64,000 bases of DNA from an uncultured Poribacteria bacterium (GCA_958296135.2 CATQHZ020000001.1:3968001-4032000), one strand, 5' to 3'. Positions 19,735-30,590 are shown, numbered from the stretch's first letter. Numbers and translations are program-made. The notes: generated by a model from the letters alone, not told the origin.

Positions 19735-19762
19735 TGTAACCCAAACCTACAAAAAACGTTTT
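19735..19762 (+). promoter_or_regulatory. Possible ECF-sigma promoter
   Basis: TGTAAC-16-CGTTTT. Confidence 0.4.
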
Positions 19763-19921
19763 TCTATATAGTCAGGACGGAGGCAAAACCAGTCCGGTAG
19801 GAGCGATTTGCAACCGAACCCCTCCCTACCGCCGTCCTTCCGAAAAGCAAGAAACGTAAGAAACGCCTTGCAAACAACAGCAAGTCCGGGAGGACTGCAG
19901 TGTTTATAGGAGAACCATAAC

Positions 19922-21613
19922 ATGGCCACCAACAGCATAACCGGTCGTTTTCGAGACATCGAGGTATCCTTCAGTGCCAATGGCCCGCGAATTTTGATGA
20001 GCCTGGAAAATCTGGCCGCCCATGAGCGGAGCGTCCGCGTCATGTATCAACGGCTGCCTATCAGTGGGCGTGCAAATTGGACTGATTTTCACCTCACCGA
20101 CGAGAAGGAGTCCGCCGTTATGCCTACAGACGTAATGCAGGCGTATCGCCTGACCTTTTTCGTGGATGACGATGAACCGATTTCGACACACATCGAGAAG
20201 ATTGTCGAAGAATTGGAACGCCTCAGAAGCGAGGTACCGGAGCCGCAACCGGAGCCAGAACCCACTGCACCCGTTGCAGCAAATCAGGCGCGCGTCCCTA
20301 CACCCCCTATGGAAAGAGACGCAGACGAAAAACGCCCGGGGCCTGTCCCTCGCGCGCTTGCGGCTGTGCCGCAGGACGACGACGCAACTCCTGAACGCGC
20401 GGCAACGCCGCCTGTCGAAGAAGAGGCAGCATCTCTGAACCCTAGTGCGCCGGGATACCCCTCGCATGCCTCGCCAGTGGCAGAGGCACAAGTCACTAGC
20501 GAGCCCGAAGCCGTCCCACAGAGTGAACCCACAACAGTTCCCCAAAAGGGCGGACCGCGGGCGGCTGTGGAAGCCGCGGAGATTTCCAATTCGCGAGAGA
20601 CAGGTTCTCGCGATACGGTGGAACGGGCTGCCGCCCAGTTCAAAGAGGCGAGCGCGGCACTTGCCGCAAAGCCTGCCACGGTGAATCGGGTGGATACCCT
20701 GCAGGAAACGAACTTTGGGTTCCAGATTAGCATTCCATCGCTGCCGCCGAGTGCTATCGCAGCTCGGAAGAAAACACGGGCAGCCATCAGCATTGGAGCA
20801 ACATCACCAGTTGCCCCGGTGCAGAAGGGTGTCTTCGGGAACATCGTCCAAGTCCTAGGAATCTCCGCCGGTGGACGGCGGAACAAGGCATATTATCAGG
20901 AGGAAGGCGAACGCGTCCAGAACGAACTCCACGACAGAATTGCGAAGCTTGAGAAGGATTATGAAGATGGCTGCGGGCTCGTGCTGGAAAATTGGGATGC
21001 AGACACGCTCAGCCAAGAGGAAACCGCCGTGTTCCTCCTGAACCTGATGGTAAGCGAAATTGCCGCCTGGCGGAAAGAAGCGAAACAGGAGGCACTCGTT
21101 GAGACGCTCGCCGATATCGAAGCAACGCTCAAGCAGACGCTCAAACAGACGCGCGGCGCATCCGTACCGTCCCCCACGGTCTTCGCCGCCGGGCCCGTCG
21201 CTGATAATGAGCGCGACTTAGAGAAAATCCGGAACGAGTGTAACGGCTACATACAGGGGTTCACGAAGAAACTCGCGAATCTCGAGAAAAATCACGCCGC
21301 GAAGGTGGAGATCCTCCCCTTCAAAAAGTTCCTCGTGGAATTCGTGCGGGATGTGCTGTTTCTTAATGTAGCAAAATGCACGCATCCAGCCCCGGTGCCG
21401 AAGCGGCTCGGCTGGTTTCTGGAACTCATGGGGTACGAAGTGATGCCCATTGAGATTGGGGTGACGAAGGTATCAAGCCGACATCACAAACTGAAAGGCG
21501 CGAGCACCAGCGAGTTTGAATCCGGCACCATCATTGAAGTCATCACGCCGGGGTTGCAATCCACCGATGGACACCGCGTCATCCAGACAGCAGTCGTGAT
21601 TCAGAGCCAGTAG
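19922..21613 (+). CDS. Hypothetical protein with C-terminal GrpE-like domain
   Basis: AGGAG SD, Pro/Glu-rich linker, coiled coil, C-terminal H...ESGTIIEVITPGL...RVIQTAVV. Confidence 0.6.
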   Translation: MATNSITGRFRDIEVSFSANGPRILMSLENLAAHERSVRVMYQRLPISGRANWTDFHLTDEKESAVMPTDVMQAYRLTFFVDDDEPISTHIEKIVEELERLRSEVPEPQPEPEPTAPVAANQARVPTPPMERDADEKRPGPVPRALAAVPQDDDATPERAATPPVEEEAASLNPSAPGYPSHASPVAEAQVTSEPEAVPQSEPTTVPQKGGPRAAVEAAEISNSRETGSRDTVERAAAQFKEASAALAAKPATVNRVDTLQETNFGFQISIPSLPPSAIAARKKTRAAISIGATSPVAPVQKGVFGNIVQVLGISAGGRRNKAYYQEEGERVQNELHDRIAKLEKDYEDGCGLVLENWDADTLSQEETAVFLLNLMVSEIAAWRKEAKQEALVETLADIEATLKQTLKQTRGASVPSPTVFAAGPVADNERDLEKIRNECNGYIQGFTKKLANLEKNHAAKVEILPFKKFLVEFVRDVLFLNVAKCTHPAPVPKRLGWFLELMGYEVMPIEIGVTKVSSRHHKLKGASTSEFESGTIIEVITPGLQSTDGHRVIQTAVVIQSQ

Positions 21614-21768
21614 GTTTTTCCTCAAACGGCCCGAGAAACATAGCGCGGGGGCCAGGCCCCCGCGCTCGCCGAGGCACGGCGCGGGCCAAAAAATGAAGGA
21701 AATACCCGCGCCCCACGGGAAACCGCGACGATTTCAGAAATACCCCAATCTAATTAGGAACAAAAAAA

Positions 21769-22782
21769 ATGAAGACTCGCGAACAACTCATCTCGGCAAT
21801 CGCGCGGATGCCGCAGGTAGACATCGGGCACTTTCCGACACCACTCGAGGAATGCCCCCGCCTCTCCGACGCACTCGGCGGCCCGCGCATTTTCATGAAG
21901 CGCGAAGATTGCTCCGGCTTGGCGTTTGGCGGCAACAAAGTCCGTCAACTCACTTTCACCATCGGCGACGGTGTCCATCAAGGCGCGGATACGATTGTTC
22001 ACGGGGCCGCCTCGCAATCAAACCACTGCCGCCAAACCGCCGCAGCCTGCGGAAAACTGGGACTCCACTGCTACCTGCGCCTCGCCCGCGACCACAAGAG
22101 CATCCCCCAAGGGAATTTATTGTTAGATCAGCTGGCAGGCGCGGACGTGGAAATTGTCGATGTCCCCTTCGGCCCTGAGTTAGATGAACTGAAATTCGCA
22201 CTCGCCGATGAATTGCGCGCGCAGGGGTTGAAGCCTTACGTTGTAGCATCGCCGCGCTCCACGGCACTCGCAGCGGTTGCATTCGCGTGGTGCATCGCCG
22301 AGATTCACGAACAGCAGGAACGCTTGGGCATTGACGCAGACTGGATTTACACCTCGTCTGTCGGTGGCACACAAGCAGGCTTGGTGCTTGGCACGAAGGC
22401 ACTCGGCATGAAATTGAAACCGTTCGGCTGCGCGCCGATTCAATGGGAAGGCAAACTAGAGCGGATGAGCAGCGCCGCCAACACCGCAGCAGAACTGATA
22501 GGACTTGTTAATACACACGTATCCCACGCGGACATCCAGAACACGGACGACTACATCGGCGAGGCATACGGCTACCTCACGCCAGAGTGTATCGCCGCAC
22601 TGAAACTTGTTGCCAACACCGAGGGCATATTTCTAGACCCGGTTTACACAGCGAAGGCGATGGCGTGCTTGATTGAGCACATCCGAGAGGGACACATCGG
22701 TGCCGATGAAACGGTAATCTTCCTGCACACGGGCGGCACACCCGCGATATTTGCGTATCATGAAGAGTTGCTCGCAGAATAA
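21769..22782 (+). CDS. D-cysteine desulfhydrase / ACC deaminase family PLP enzyme
   Basis: PTPLE, KREDCSGLAFGGNKVR, QSNH, LDPVYTAKA, FLHTGG. Confidence 0.92.
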   Translation: MKTREQLISAIARMPQVDIGHFPTPLEECPRLSDALGGPRIFMKREDCSGLAFGGNKVRQLTFTIGDGVHQGADTIVHGAASQSNHCRQTAAACGKLGLHCYLRLARDHKSIPQGNLLLDQLAGADVEIVDVPFGPELDELKFALADELRAQGLKPYVVASPRSTALAAVAFAWCIAEIHEQQERLGIDADWIYTSSVGGTQAGLVLGTKALGMKLKPFGCAPIQWEGKLERMSSAANTAAELIGLVNTHVSHADIQNTDDYIGEAYGYLTPECIAALKLVANTEGIFLDPVYTAKAMACLIEHIREGHIGADETVIFLHTGGTPAIFAYHEELLAE

Positions 22783-23016
22783 AACACCTCCAGCTCCAAC
22801 GTCATTTAGTATGACGCAAATTTTGAAATTGTGTTATGATATGCACAGAAAGGACGCAGTTGCTGAGGAAAACGGCACGGCGAGGGCCAAAAACGAAGGA
22901 AATCCCCACCCCTCGCTCTACGGTGATATGAATAGCTGCGCGAGAGCACAAGGCGCGCGCTTAGATACAAATCAGAAACGCATCCGCCACGCCATCATGC
23001 AGACGAGGAGAAACTT

Positions 23017-23685
23017 ATGGAACGTTTGGATAGTCTTCATCCATCAATTAACGATTACCTACACAACATTATTCCCGCGCGCGACGCGGTGCTAACGGAA
23101 ATGGAGGCATACGCACGCGAACGCCGGTTCCCGATTGTCGGGCCGCTCGTCGGGCGCGTGCTGCATCAGTTAGTGCTACTGACAAACCCAACGCGGATTT
23201 TCGAGATGGGCTCCGGCTTCGGCTACTCAGCGTACTGGATGGCGAAAGCATTGCGAGAACCGGACGCGTCTATCATCTGCACCGATGGCTCACAGGAGAA
23301 CGCAGACCGGGCGGCGGCGTATCTCGCCCGCGGCGGTGTGGCAGAACGCATCGATTACCGCGTCGGCAACGCACTCGAAATCATCGATGAAACCGAAGGT
23401 GAGTTTGACATTATCTACAACGACATCGACAAAGACGGATATCCCGAAGCCTTTCGCAAGGCAATCCCACGCCTCAGGAGCGGCGGATTGTTTGTGACAG
23501 ACAACATGCTGTGGATGGGGCGCGTCGTCAAGGATGTACCCGACATCGCACCGGAAGAGGAGCAGTGGCTGCACAAAGCCACGCTCGGTGTGAAAGAATT
23601 AACGCGGCTCCTTTATAGTTCGCCTGAGGTGTTCACGACGATTATTCCGCTTCGCGACGGCATTTCAGTCGCCGTGAAACGCTGA
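23017..23685 (+). CDS. O-methyltransferase (YrrM/CCoAOMT-like)
   Basis: EMGSGFGYS, DIDK, TDNMLW, PLRDG. Confidence 0.9.
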   Translation: MERLDSLHPSINDYLHNIIPARDAVLTEMEAYARERRFPIVGPLVGRVLHQLVLLTNPTRIFEMGSGFGYSAYWMAKALREPDASIICTDGSQENADRAAAYLARGGVAERIDYRVGNALEIIDETEGEFDIIYNDIDKDGYPEAFRKAIPRLRSGGLFVTDNMLWMGRVVKDVPDIAPEEEQWLHKATLGVKELTRLLYSSPEVFTTIIPLRDGISVAVKR

Positions 23686-23758
23686 TTCAACAGAGATACG
23701 CGAAACACTCTCCGTAGGCACGGCAACAAACCGAGACTACCGGCAAAGGCATATACCG

Positions 23759-24985
23759 ATGCTATTTCGCTTTTCGCTCTACGGCTTCCTAAAAAATCAA
23801 CGCTACTATGACGCGTTTCTGATTTTAGCGTTTCGGGAGAAAGGGCTCTCCTTCTTCCAAATAGGCCTCCTCATCGGGTTTCGGGAAGTCTGCACCAATC
23901 TCTTTGAAATCCCCTCCGGCGCAATAGCAGACCTTTACGGCCGCCGCCGCGCGATGATATTTTCCTTCGTTGCCTATATCGCCTCCTTCGCAACGTTCGC
24001 GCTGAGCGAGTCAATATTTCTGCTTTTCGGCGGGATGTTCTTCTTCGGATTGGGGGATGCATTCCGAAGCGGCACACACAAGGCGATGATTTTCGACTGG
24101 CTGCGGTTGCAGGGCAGATCGGACGAGAAGACGAAAGTTTACGGCTACACCCGCTCCTGGTCGCAGATGGGCTCGGCGGTTTCTGTCCTCATCGCGGGGG
24201 CCCTCGTCTTCTATCGCGGTAACTTCACCGACATCTTCTGGTTCTCAATTGTCCCTTACGCATTCAACATCGTCAACTTCTTCGGTTACCCAGCGGTGTT
24301 AGACGGCGACAGGAAAAGCGAGTTTTCCTTCAAAGCCGTTACGACGCTCCTGGGGAAAGCGTTGAAGCAATCCGTTCAATTTCCGCCTTTGCGCCGATTG
24401 GTTTTTGAGGGAATGGGATTTGAGGGGATGTTCAAGGCGAGCAAAGACTATCTCCAGCCGATTCTCAAGCAAACCGCGGTCGCGCTGCCTTTGCTTTTAA
24501 TGCTCGATGAATCGAAGCGGACAGCGTTGTTGGTGGCAGGCGTTTATTTCGTGCTCCATTTCCTTTCCTCCTTCGCCTCCCGAAATTCACACCGAGTCAC
24601 GGAATGGCAAGGTAGCGATGAAGGGGCGGCACGGTTGATGTGGTGGGTAGATTTAGGGCTCTTCGCGCTTTTAATTCCGGCGTTATGGTTCGTCGGGTAT
24701 CCCGCCATTATCGCGCTTTTCGTCGGTTTGGCAATCCTGCAGAATTTCTGGCGGCCGGTGCTGATAAGCCGTTTCAACGCGCACTCCACACCAGAGATGA
24801 GTGCGACAGTGCTTTCTATTGAAGCGCAGTCCAAATCGCTAGCCACGATTGTCCTCGCGCCACTGCTCGGTTGGCTAGTTGATGTGGTGGGTGGATTCTG
24901 GCCGGTGGGTGTTGTCGGGACGTTGATTGCTGTCGTCATTCTTCTCGTATACCGAAACAGGGATATCATCGAACAAACGCCCTAG
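23759..24985 (+). CDS. MFS transporter
   Basis: EIPSGAIADLYGRR motif A, many TM segments. Confidence 0.9.
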   Translation: MLFRFSLYGFLKNQRYYDAFLILAFREKGLSFFQIGLLIGFREVCTNLFEIPSGAIADLYGRRRAMIFSFVAYIASFATFALSESIFLLFGGMFFFGLGDAFRSGTHKAMIFDWLRLQGRSDEKTKVYGYTRSWSQMGSAVSVLIAGALVFYRGNFTDIFWFSIVPYAFNIVNFFGYPAVLDGDRKSEFSFKAVTTLLGKALKQSVQFPPLRRLVFEGMGFEGMFKASKDYLQPILKQTAVALPLLLMLDESKRTALLVAGVYFVLHFLSSFASRNSHRVTEWQGSDEGAARLMWWVDLGLFALLIPALWFVGYPAIIALFVGLAILQNFWRPVLISRFNAHSTPEMSATVLSIEAQSKSLATIVLAPLLGWLVDVVGGFWPVGVVGTLIAVVILLVYRNRDIIEQTP

Positions 24986-25013
24986 GCGCGCTTTGGAAGC
25001 GCGCCGCCTCGTC

Positions 25014-25619
25014 TCACGCCTTCTGTGCTACCATGCTTGCAAGGATACCGAGGATTTTGTCGCAACGCTCCAGCGTGTAAACCATCATATCGATGTAGAG
25101 CTTCTGCCCCTCCAATTTCAGAAACCGCCAATTGATGCCTGTCGTCGTGGCACCGTAAACACACGGGATGTCATTCAGTTTGTCGGCATTAAAGCGTTGC
25201 GCCGCCACCATCTCTGCAGCACATTGCCCCAAGCCCACCTCCAAGTTATCGTCTTTTGCCTCTACCAGAATGATGGCGGGGGCTTCTAAAGAAAATTGCC
25301 ACGGCGACAAACTGATGAGAAAATCACACACGCCTGTCAAATCGTCTCCAGTATCAACGGTGAAATTAATGCCCGAAAAAAGACTGACGCGGTGCTCAAA
25401 ATGCTCGCGGAGCTCAATAAGAATCTGGGCAACGATCATTTCCGACTTCGCTTTTTCCGTGCCGATGGCAGCGGCTAACCACACATTTCTCGCCAATAAC
25501 GTCGTCAGAAATGCGCTCGGTTCCACCGGCCCGAGTTCTGAAAAAATGCCCTCAGCGTTAATCCGTTCTAATTGAAACGCTTCCCGCACCGTATCTATGG
25601 TAAAGTCGCTATATGCCAT
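25014..25619 (-). CDS. PD-(D/E)XK-like hypothetical protein, tandem copy 3
   Basis: MAYSDFT start with GGAGG SD, GVCDF..VEAK, GLGQC.AEM; 201 aa. Confidence 0.8.
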   Translation of the reverse strand: MAYSDFTIDTVREAFQLERINAEGIFSELGPVEPSAFLTTLLARNVWLAAAIGTEKAKSEMIVAQILIELREHFEHRVSLFSGINFTVDTGDDLTGVCDFLISLSPWQFSLEAPAIILVEAKDDNLEVGLGQCAAEMVAAQRFNADKLNDIPCVYGATTTGINWRFLKLEGQKLYIDMMVYTLERCDKILGILASMVAQKA

Positions 25620-25657
25620 GATGAGAAAACCTCCGTTGTTCGGCTCGCGCAGGCAGC

Positions 25658-26263
25658 TCACGCCTTCTGTGCTACCATGCTGGCAAGGATGCCGAGGATT
25701 TTGTCGCACTGCGCCAGTGGGTAGACAGTCATGTCAATAGAGAGTGTCTTTCCCTCCAATTTCAGGAACAGCCAATCGATGCCGGACGTAGTCGCTCCAT
25801 AGATACACGGAATGTCATTCCCGTGTTCGGCATTAAAGCGTTGCGCCCCCACCATCTCCGCAACGCACTGCCCCAGCCCAACTGTCAGAGCGTCCTTTTT
25901 TGCTTCCACGAGGACGATGACAGGAGCCTCCAATTCAAACTGCTCTGGCGACAGACTCACTAAGAAATCACACACGCCGGTGAGTTTTGCCTCGACATCC
26001 ACGGTGAAATCAATCCCCGAAAAAAAACTGATGCGCTGTTCAAAGTGCTCCCAGAGTTCAAACAAGACTTCGGAGACAATCAGTTCCGACTTCGCTTTCT
26101 CGGTGGCAATCGCGATAGCCAACGGTGCCTTTTTTGTCAGAGCCCTGGCGAGGGCTTCACTCGGTTCCACTGGCTCTATTTCAGAAAAGAGTCCGATAGC
26201 CCGGACTGTTTCTAAGCCAAACGCTTTCCGGACTGTCACTAACGTAAAGTTGCTATATGGCAT
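25658..26263 (-). CDS. PD-(D/E)XK-like hypothetical protein, tandem copy 2
   Basis: Paralog with the same motifs; 201 aa. Confidence 0.8.
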   Translation of the reverse strand: MPYSNFTLVTVRKAFGLETVRAIGLFSEIEPVEPSEALARALTKKAPLAIAIATEKAKSELIVSEVLFELWEHFEQRISFFSGIDFTVDVEAKLTGVCDFLVSLSPEQFELEAPVIVLVEAKKDALTVGLGQCVAEMVGAQRFNAEHGNDIPCIYGATTSGIDWLFLKLEGKTLSIDMTVYPLAQCDKILGILASMVAQKA

Positions 26264-26290
26264 GATGAGAAATCTCCTGTGTAGCGTGCC

Positions 26291-26896
26291 TCACGCCTGC
26301 TGCGCCACCATACTCGCGAGGATACCGAGGATTTTCTCGCACTGCGCGAGTTGGTAAATCGCCATGTCCATGTGGAGTGTCTGTCCTGCCAATTTCAGGA
26401 AAAGCCAATCTATTCCCGACGTGGTAGCACCATAGACACACGGAATGTCATTCCCGTGTTCGGCATTAAAGCGTTGCGCCGCCACCATCTCTGCGACGCA
26501 CTGCCCCAAACCGTTTATCAAGTTGTTGTTTTTTGCCGCAACCAAGATGATGACAGGTGCTTCTACAAACGCTTGCCAAGGCGACAAACTGATTAAAAAA
26601 TCGCACACACCGATTAAGTCGGCATCGGCATCAACGTTGAAGTCAATCCCTGAGAAGAGACTGATACGACGCTCAAAGTGCTCGCGGAGTTCAACGAGAA
26701 CATCGGCGACAATCAGTTCAGAACGCGCCTTCTCTGTGTCAATAGTGGTGGCTAACGACACCTTTCGCTCCAATACCGAGGTGAGAAGGGCACTGGGGGT
26801 TAGCGGCGCAATGTCAGCAAAGATGCCTTCAGCGGCAACCTTCTCTAGGTGAAACGCTAGCAGCACTTCCTCCAATGTCCATTTGCTATACGCTAT
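26291..26896 (-). CDS. PD-(D/E)XK-like protein, tandem copy 1 (ATA start, EAK->AAK; possibly decaying)
   Basis: The homologous start position is ATA; same 606-nt length; motif reads VAAK. Confidence 0.6.
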   Translation of the reverse strand: MAYSKWTLEEVLLAFHLEKVAAEGIFADIAPLTPSALLTSVLERKVSLATTIDTEKARSELIVADVLVELREHFERRISLFSGIDFNVDADADLIGVCDFLISLSPWQAFVEAPVIILVAAKNNNLINGLGQCVAEMVAAQRFNAEHGNDIPCVYGATTSGIDWLFLKLAGQTLHMDMAIYQLAQCEKILGILASMVAQQA

Positions 26897-26931
26897 GATG
26901 AGACAACCTCTTGTGTCAGTGAAAACTGCGC

Positions 26932-27936
26932 CTATTCCGTCGGCGTTGCTTCCTCCGTTTCCGCAGGAGATTCCGCCTCTTTAAGCGTCTCAGCCTTCTT
27001 GATGAGCCTATCCACGTTCGATTTGAATAGCATGAAAAGGGTATCCTTATCGTCGCGCTTAACGTAAAGTTTGCCCTCCTCTTCTTTGCCGATGAGCAAC
27101 GTCGCCGTGGTGCCATCGTTCAACGTCGCGGCGATGGAAGAGTGCGGCGAGGCTAACTCGTATTCGGAAAGTGCTTTCGGCTCAGCGAAATCGTCCGTCT
27201 CTAACTGGCTGAACGTCGTCAGCAGACTGTCCACTTCCGTCTGTTTGACAGCAGACGCTTCCGGGGTGAGCATCTGCCACGTGCCTTCCGCATCCAATCG
27301 AAGCGCCACCGTTTCCTCCGGCGACGTGATGTTCAACTGCGTAACGATGCCCTTGTTGAAATCAAAAATCGTCCGGTCCTTCCACGTCCGCGTCCCTTTG
27401 TCAAATACCGATTGGAGATACCCCTGCGCGACGTAGACATCGTTAGAATCGGCAACGCGCACATAGCTGCTCAGAAAACCGGGCGTCGTCTTCCCGACAA
27501 ACAGGTGAGCCAACGGCGCACCGTTCGCATCCATCAATTTCGCCTCAACGCCGGTGGTGCTATCTACCTCAAACTCCGCCCGCTTGTCAGGATTCGTGGA
27601 GACGAGCCGCGTATTTTTAAATTCGCTCACCTTCGTCAGCAATTCTTCCACGCCTTCGGCATCAGCAGGATAGTTATCCAGAGAAGCAACTACCCACTTC
27701 CCATCCTGCTTCGCAAGCCTTGTCGTTTCACCAGAGGCGGTGATTTCTATCTGTGCAACTTGTGCCTTATCGAAATTCGGAAACAGCGGCATGGCAGTCT
27801 CCACCTTCTTTTCATACTCGCTCTGCCCGAAGGGGTTCTCGAAGAACAAGACGACGAGGGCTAAGACAACGAAAATGCCGCCTAAAATCAGAAGTTGGTA
27901 TTTCGCAATGCGTTTGGATAGTGTCATTGAGTTCAT
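26932..27936 (-). CDS. DUF4340 domain protein
   Basis: N-terminal TM, two repeated domains, downstream of GldG-like gene; AAGGAG SD. Confidence 0.8.
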   Translation of the reverse strand: MNSMTLSKRIAKYQLLILGGIFVVLALVVLFFENPFGQSEYEKKVETAMPLFPNFDKAQVAQIEITASGETTRLAKQDGKWVVASLDNYPADAEGVEELLTKVSEFKNTRLVSTNPDKRAEFEVDSTTGVEAKLMDANGAPLAHLFVGKTTPGFLSSYVRVADSNDVYVAQGYLQSVFDKGTRTWKDRTIFDFNKGIVTQLNITSPEETVALRLDAEGTWQMLTPEASAVKQTEVDSLLTTFSQLETDDFAEPKALSEYELASPHSSIAATLNDGTTATLLIGKEEEGKLYVKRDDKDTLFMLFKSNVDRLIKKAETLKEAESPAETEEATPTE

Positions 27937-28074
27937 ACTCTCCTTCCCAGGGCTGTCATCGACGTTGGCGATGACTACGTTTTTGATTTTTCTCGCTCGC
28001 AATGCTTTGTTTAAACGCTTTGCGTCAGCGAAAACCTACAAGTACGGAGGAGTCGCGGGGGACAGCCCCCGATG

Positions 28075-29685
28075 CTACGTGGTACTGTAGGTTTCCACCA
28101 TCCGTTTTGCCCGCCTTTTCAAGAAATACCGCAGCAACCCAAAGATAACCACTAGCAATGGGATGCCAACGATAGATAGGTATTTGTAAAAAGTTTTCTC
28201 AAATTCAGTTGCTGCGCGGAGCGGCCGGTCGGTGATAGCGTGCGAACGGATACCGATGAGCGCATCGCCGAGCGTCAACCAATCCACAGCGTTTAAGAAA
28301 AAGTTAATCCCATCGGGCCGCATCTGTGCCAGAAATTGCGCGGTGCCGACCACAATGATTTGCGTCTGCGCGCTTTCTGTCTGCGTGGCGCGCTCGTCAG
28401 CACTCGGCGCAACCGATGCCTCGCCATCAGTTCCAACAACCGGCGGAATCTCTTTATCGGCGTAGAAACTGGCGAACGTCCCTTCAACCGCTACTGCAAC
28501 GGCGTAGGGTTGCATATCTCCCGGCGGAATCTGCGCGTTGGGCATGAGGTTATAGTACCCCTGCAGGCTCTGCCCGAATTCACTTGTTTTTGCCAATGCC
28601 GCCGCCGTGTTCCCCTCCCTCGCAACTACGTCCACAGAACTCGTCCACGGCAACGTCAACACTTCTAACTGATTCGTCACAGAATGCTCTGTGGAGAAAT
28701 TCGGTTTCACAATTTTGACGAAATACGGATAAGGTTGAATTACCGTCATGAACCCTTGTTGGAATCGCGCCGTGTCGTGAAACCGCCTATCTACCAGGAG
28801 GTTATTGCCAAGCGTCACACCGTAATGAGCCAGCATGTCGTTTAACCCGGTGCTTAGCGGGGCCGCCTGCAAGGTGTTGGGTTGAAACTGAACAGAATCG
28901 ACCAGGAAGATTGTCCTACCGCCGCGCATGATGAACTGATCGAGCTCATATTTTTCACGCTCTGTCAACACCTGCCGCGGGCCGGCGACAACCAGCGTTG
29001 CAACAGCAGCGTCAACCGCTTTGCCACCTTGGAGACTCACAGAGGTGATGTTGTATTGCCCCTTGGCATTTTTATCTAAAAGGGTGCGCAACCCCTGCGA
29101 ATTTTGCGCGTCGATATCGATTTCATCGTGCCCCGTCAAAAAGCCTACCGTCTTCGCCTCTTTCGTCGTCACTTTGAGGAGAGTCGACGTGAGTTCATAC
29201 TCCAAGTTCGCAGTAGATTGAACGAGGGGCAAGACTTCCTCCTTGCCGCTGTAACCAATGCCGATAGCCATATAGACGTTCGCTATCTCGGCTTTATCCT
29301 TTTTAACGACATTGATCTGGACTTCCTGAATACCCCTGAACCGGAGCTCCTGCTTTTGGCCCTCATCAAAATCGGCAGTATTGACGAAATCGATCTGAAG
29401 GTTTTTAGAGAACGCGTTGTATTCGTCCAACACATCTCTGACATCCCGACGAATTTGCGCAACTTCCGCCGGCTCCGTCGAAAAGTAAGCGGTGACGGTG
29501 ACAATGTCGTCTAGCGTGTTCAGCACATTTTTGGTAGCACCCGAGATAGTATAGCGCTTGTCTTCGGTGAGATCGGCGCGGATGAAACGGCGCGTTGAAA
29601 CAAAATTCATCAGCGCGAGAATGCCGAAAAGAATCACCACAAACGCCACAGCATTGCTACCGTGTGTCAATCGTTTGTTTGCCAA
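28075..29685 (-). CDS. GldG-like ABC auxiliary component
   Basis: DLTEDKRYTIS, LEYELT, GFLTGHDE, LDQFIMRGG, NAVDWL; probable TTG start. Confidence 0.85.
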   Translation of the reverse strand: MANKRLTHGSNAVAFVVILFGILALMNFVSTRRFIRADLTEDKRYTISGATKNVLNTLDDIVTVTAYFSTEPAEVAQIRRDVRDVLDEYNAFSKNLQIDFVNTADFDEGQKQELRFRGIQEVQINVVKKDKAEIANVYMAIGIGYSGKEEVLPLVQSTANLEYELTSTLLKVTTKEAKTVGFLTGHDEIDIDAQNSQGLRTLLDKNAKGQYNITSVSLQGGKAVDAAVATLVVAGPRQVLTEREKYELDQFIMRGGRTIFLVDSVQFQPNTLQAAPLSTGLNDMLAHYGVTLGNNLLVDRRFHDTARFQQGFMTVIQPYPYFVKIVKPNFSTEHSVTNQLEVLTLPWTSSVDVVAREGNTAAALAKTSEFGQSLQGYYNLMPNAQIPPGDMQPYAVAVAVEGTFASFYADKEIPPVVGTDGEASVAPSADERATQTESAQTQIIVVGTAQFLAQMRPDGINFFLNAVDWLTLGDALIGIRSHAITDRPLRAATEFEKTFYKYLSIVGIPLLVVIFGLLRYFLKRRAKRMVETYSTT

Positions 29686-29873
29686 GAATTTATTACCCCC
29701 ATTCGCGACCGGATGGAAAGACACCCTCCCGATAAAGGACTCTTCAGACCCGGGTGTCTACACCGGGCGCGCCTATACGCTGCAGGACTGACGCAAATGC
29801 CGAAACCCCCGTTCGAGAGGCCCGCTCCCAAAGCGCGCCCACGGGGTTTGTTCAACGTCAGTCCTACTCCGGT

Positions 29874-30590
29874 TTATCGCCATTTCCGGCTCTCAACGGA
29901 TACCGAACTCAGCGTGAGAAAGAAGCCGATAACCGAGAGGTAGTAGATAATATCGCGGGAGTCAAGCACGCCGCGCAGAATGCTACTGTAATGTGCACCG
30001 AGTCCGAGATAACTGAAAATCGGGAAAAGCCAATTCGGCGCATTAAAAAGCACAATGTCTTCCCCGATAATCAGCATCACAAAACAGGCGGTAATACCGA
30101 AAATAAAGGCGATGATCTGGTTTTCTGTCAGTGTTGAGGCGAACAGCCCTATCGCAAGGTACGCGCCGCCCATCAGCAACAGCCCGATGTAACCGCTGAC
30201 AATCGTGCCGCCATCCGGGTCTCCAAGAAGGCTCACCGACAGCGGGAGGACGAGCGAGAGTAGCACCGTGACAGCAAGCAGCGCATAACTCGCCAAATAC
30301 TTACCGATGACTACCTCGTAATCCCGAATCGGCAGCGTCATCAGGATTTCTACCGTCCCCAGTTTCTTCTCTTCCGCCCAGAGTTTCATCGTGACAGCGG
30401 GGACGAAAAATAGGAAAATCCACGGCATTAACCCGAAAAACCCGCGCATCTCAGCCTGGTTCATCAGAAAGAAGCCGCGAAAAAAGAGCCACGAAGAAAT
30501 GCCCAAGAAAAATGTGATAAAAATGTAGGCGATAGGCGAATTGAAATAACTTCTAAATTCCTTTTTGAGGATAGCTGTGATGTTCGTCAT
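29874..30590 (-). CDS. GldF-like ABC-2 permease
   Basis: KEFRSYFNSPIAY, AEEKKLGTVEIL, STLTENQI. Confidence 0.9.
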   Translation of the reverse strand: MTNITAILKKEFRSYFNSPIAYIFITFFLGISSWLFFRGFFLMNQAEMRGFFGLMPWIFLFFVPAVTMKLWAEEKKLGTVEILMTLPIRDYEVVIGKYLASYALLAVTVLLSLVLPLSVSLLGDPDGGTIVSGYIGLLLMGGAYLAIGLFASTLTENQIIAFIFGITACFVMLIIGEDIVLFNAPNWLFPIFSYLGLGAHYSSILRGVLDSRDIIYYLSVIGFFLTLSSVSVESRKWR

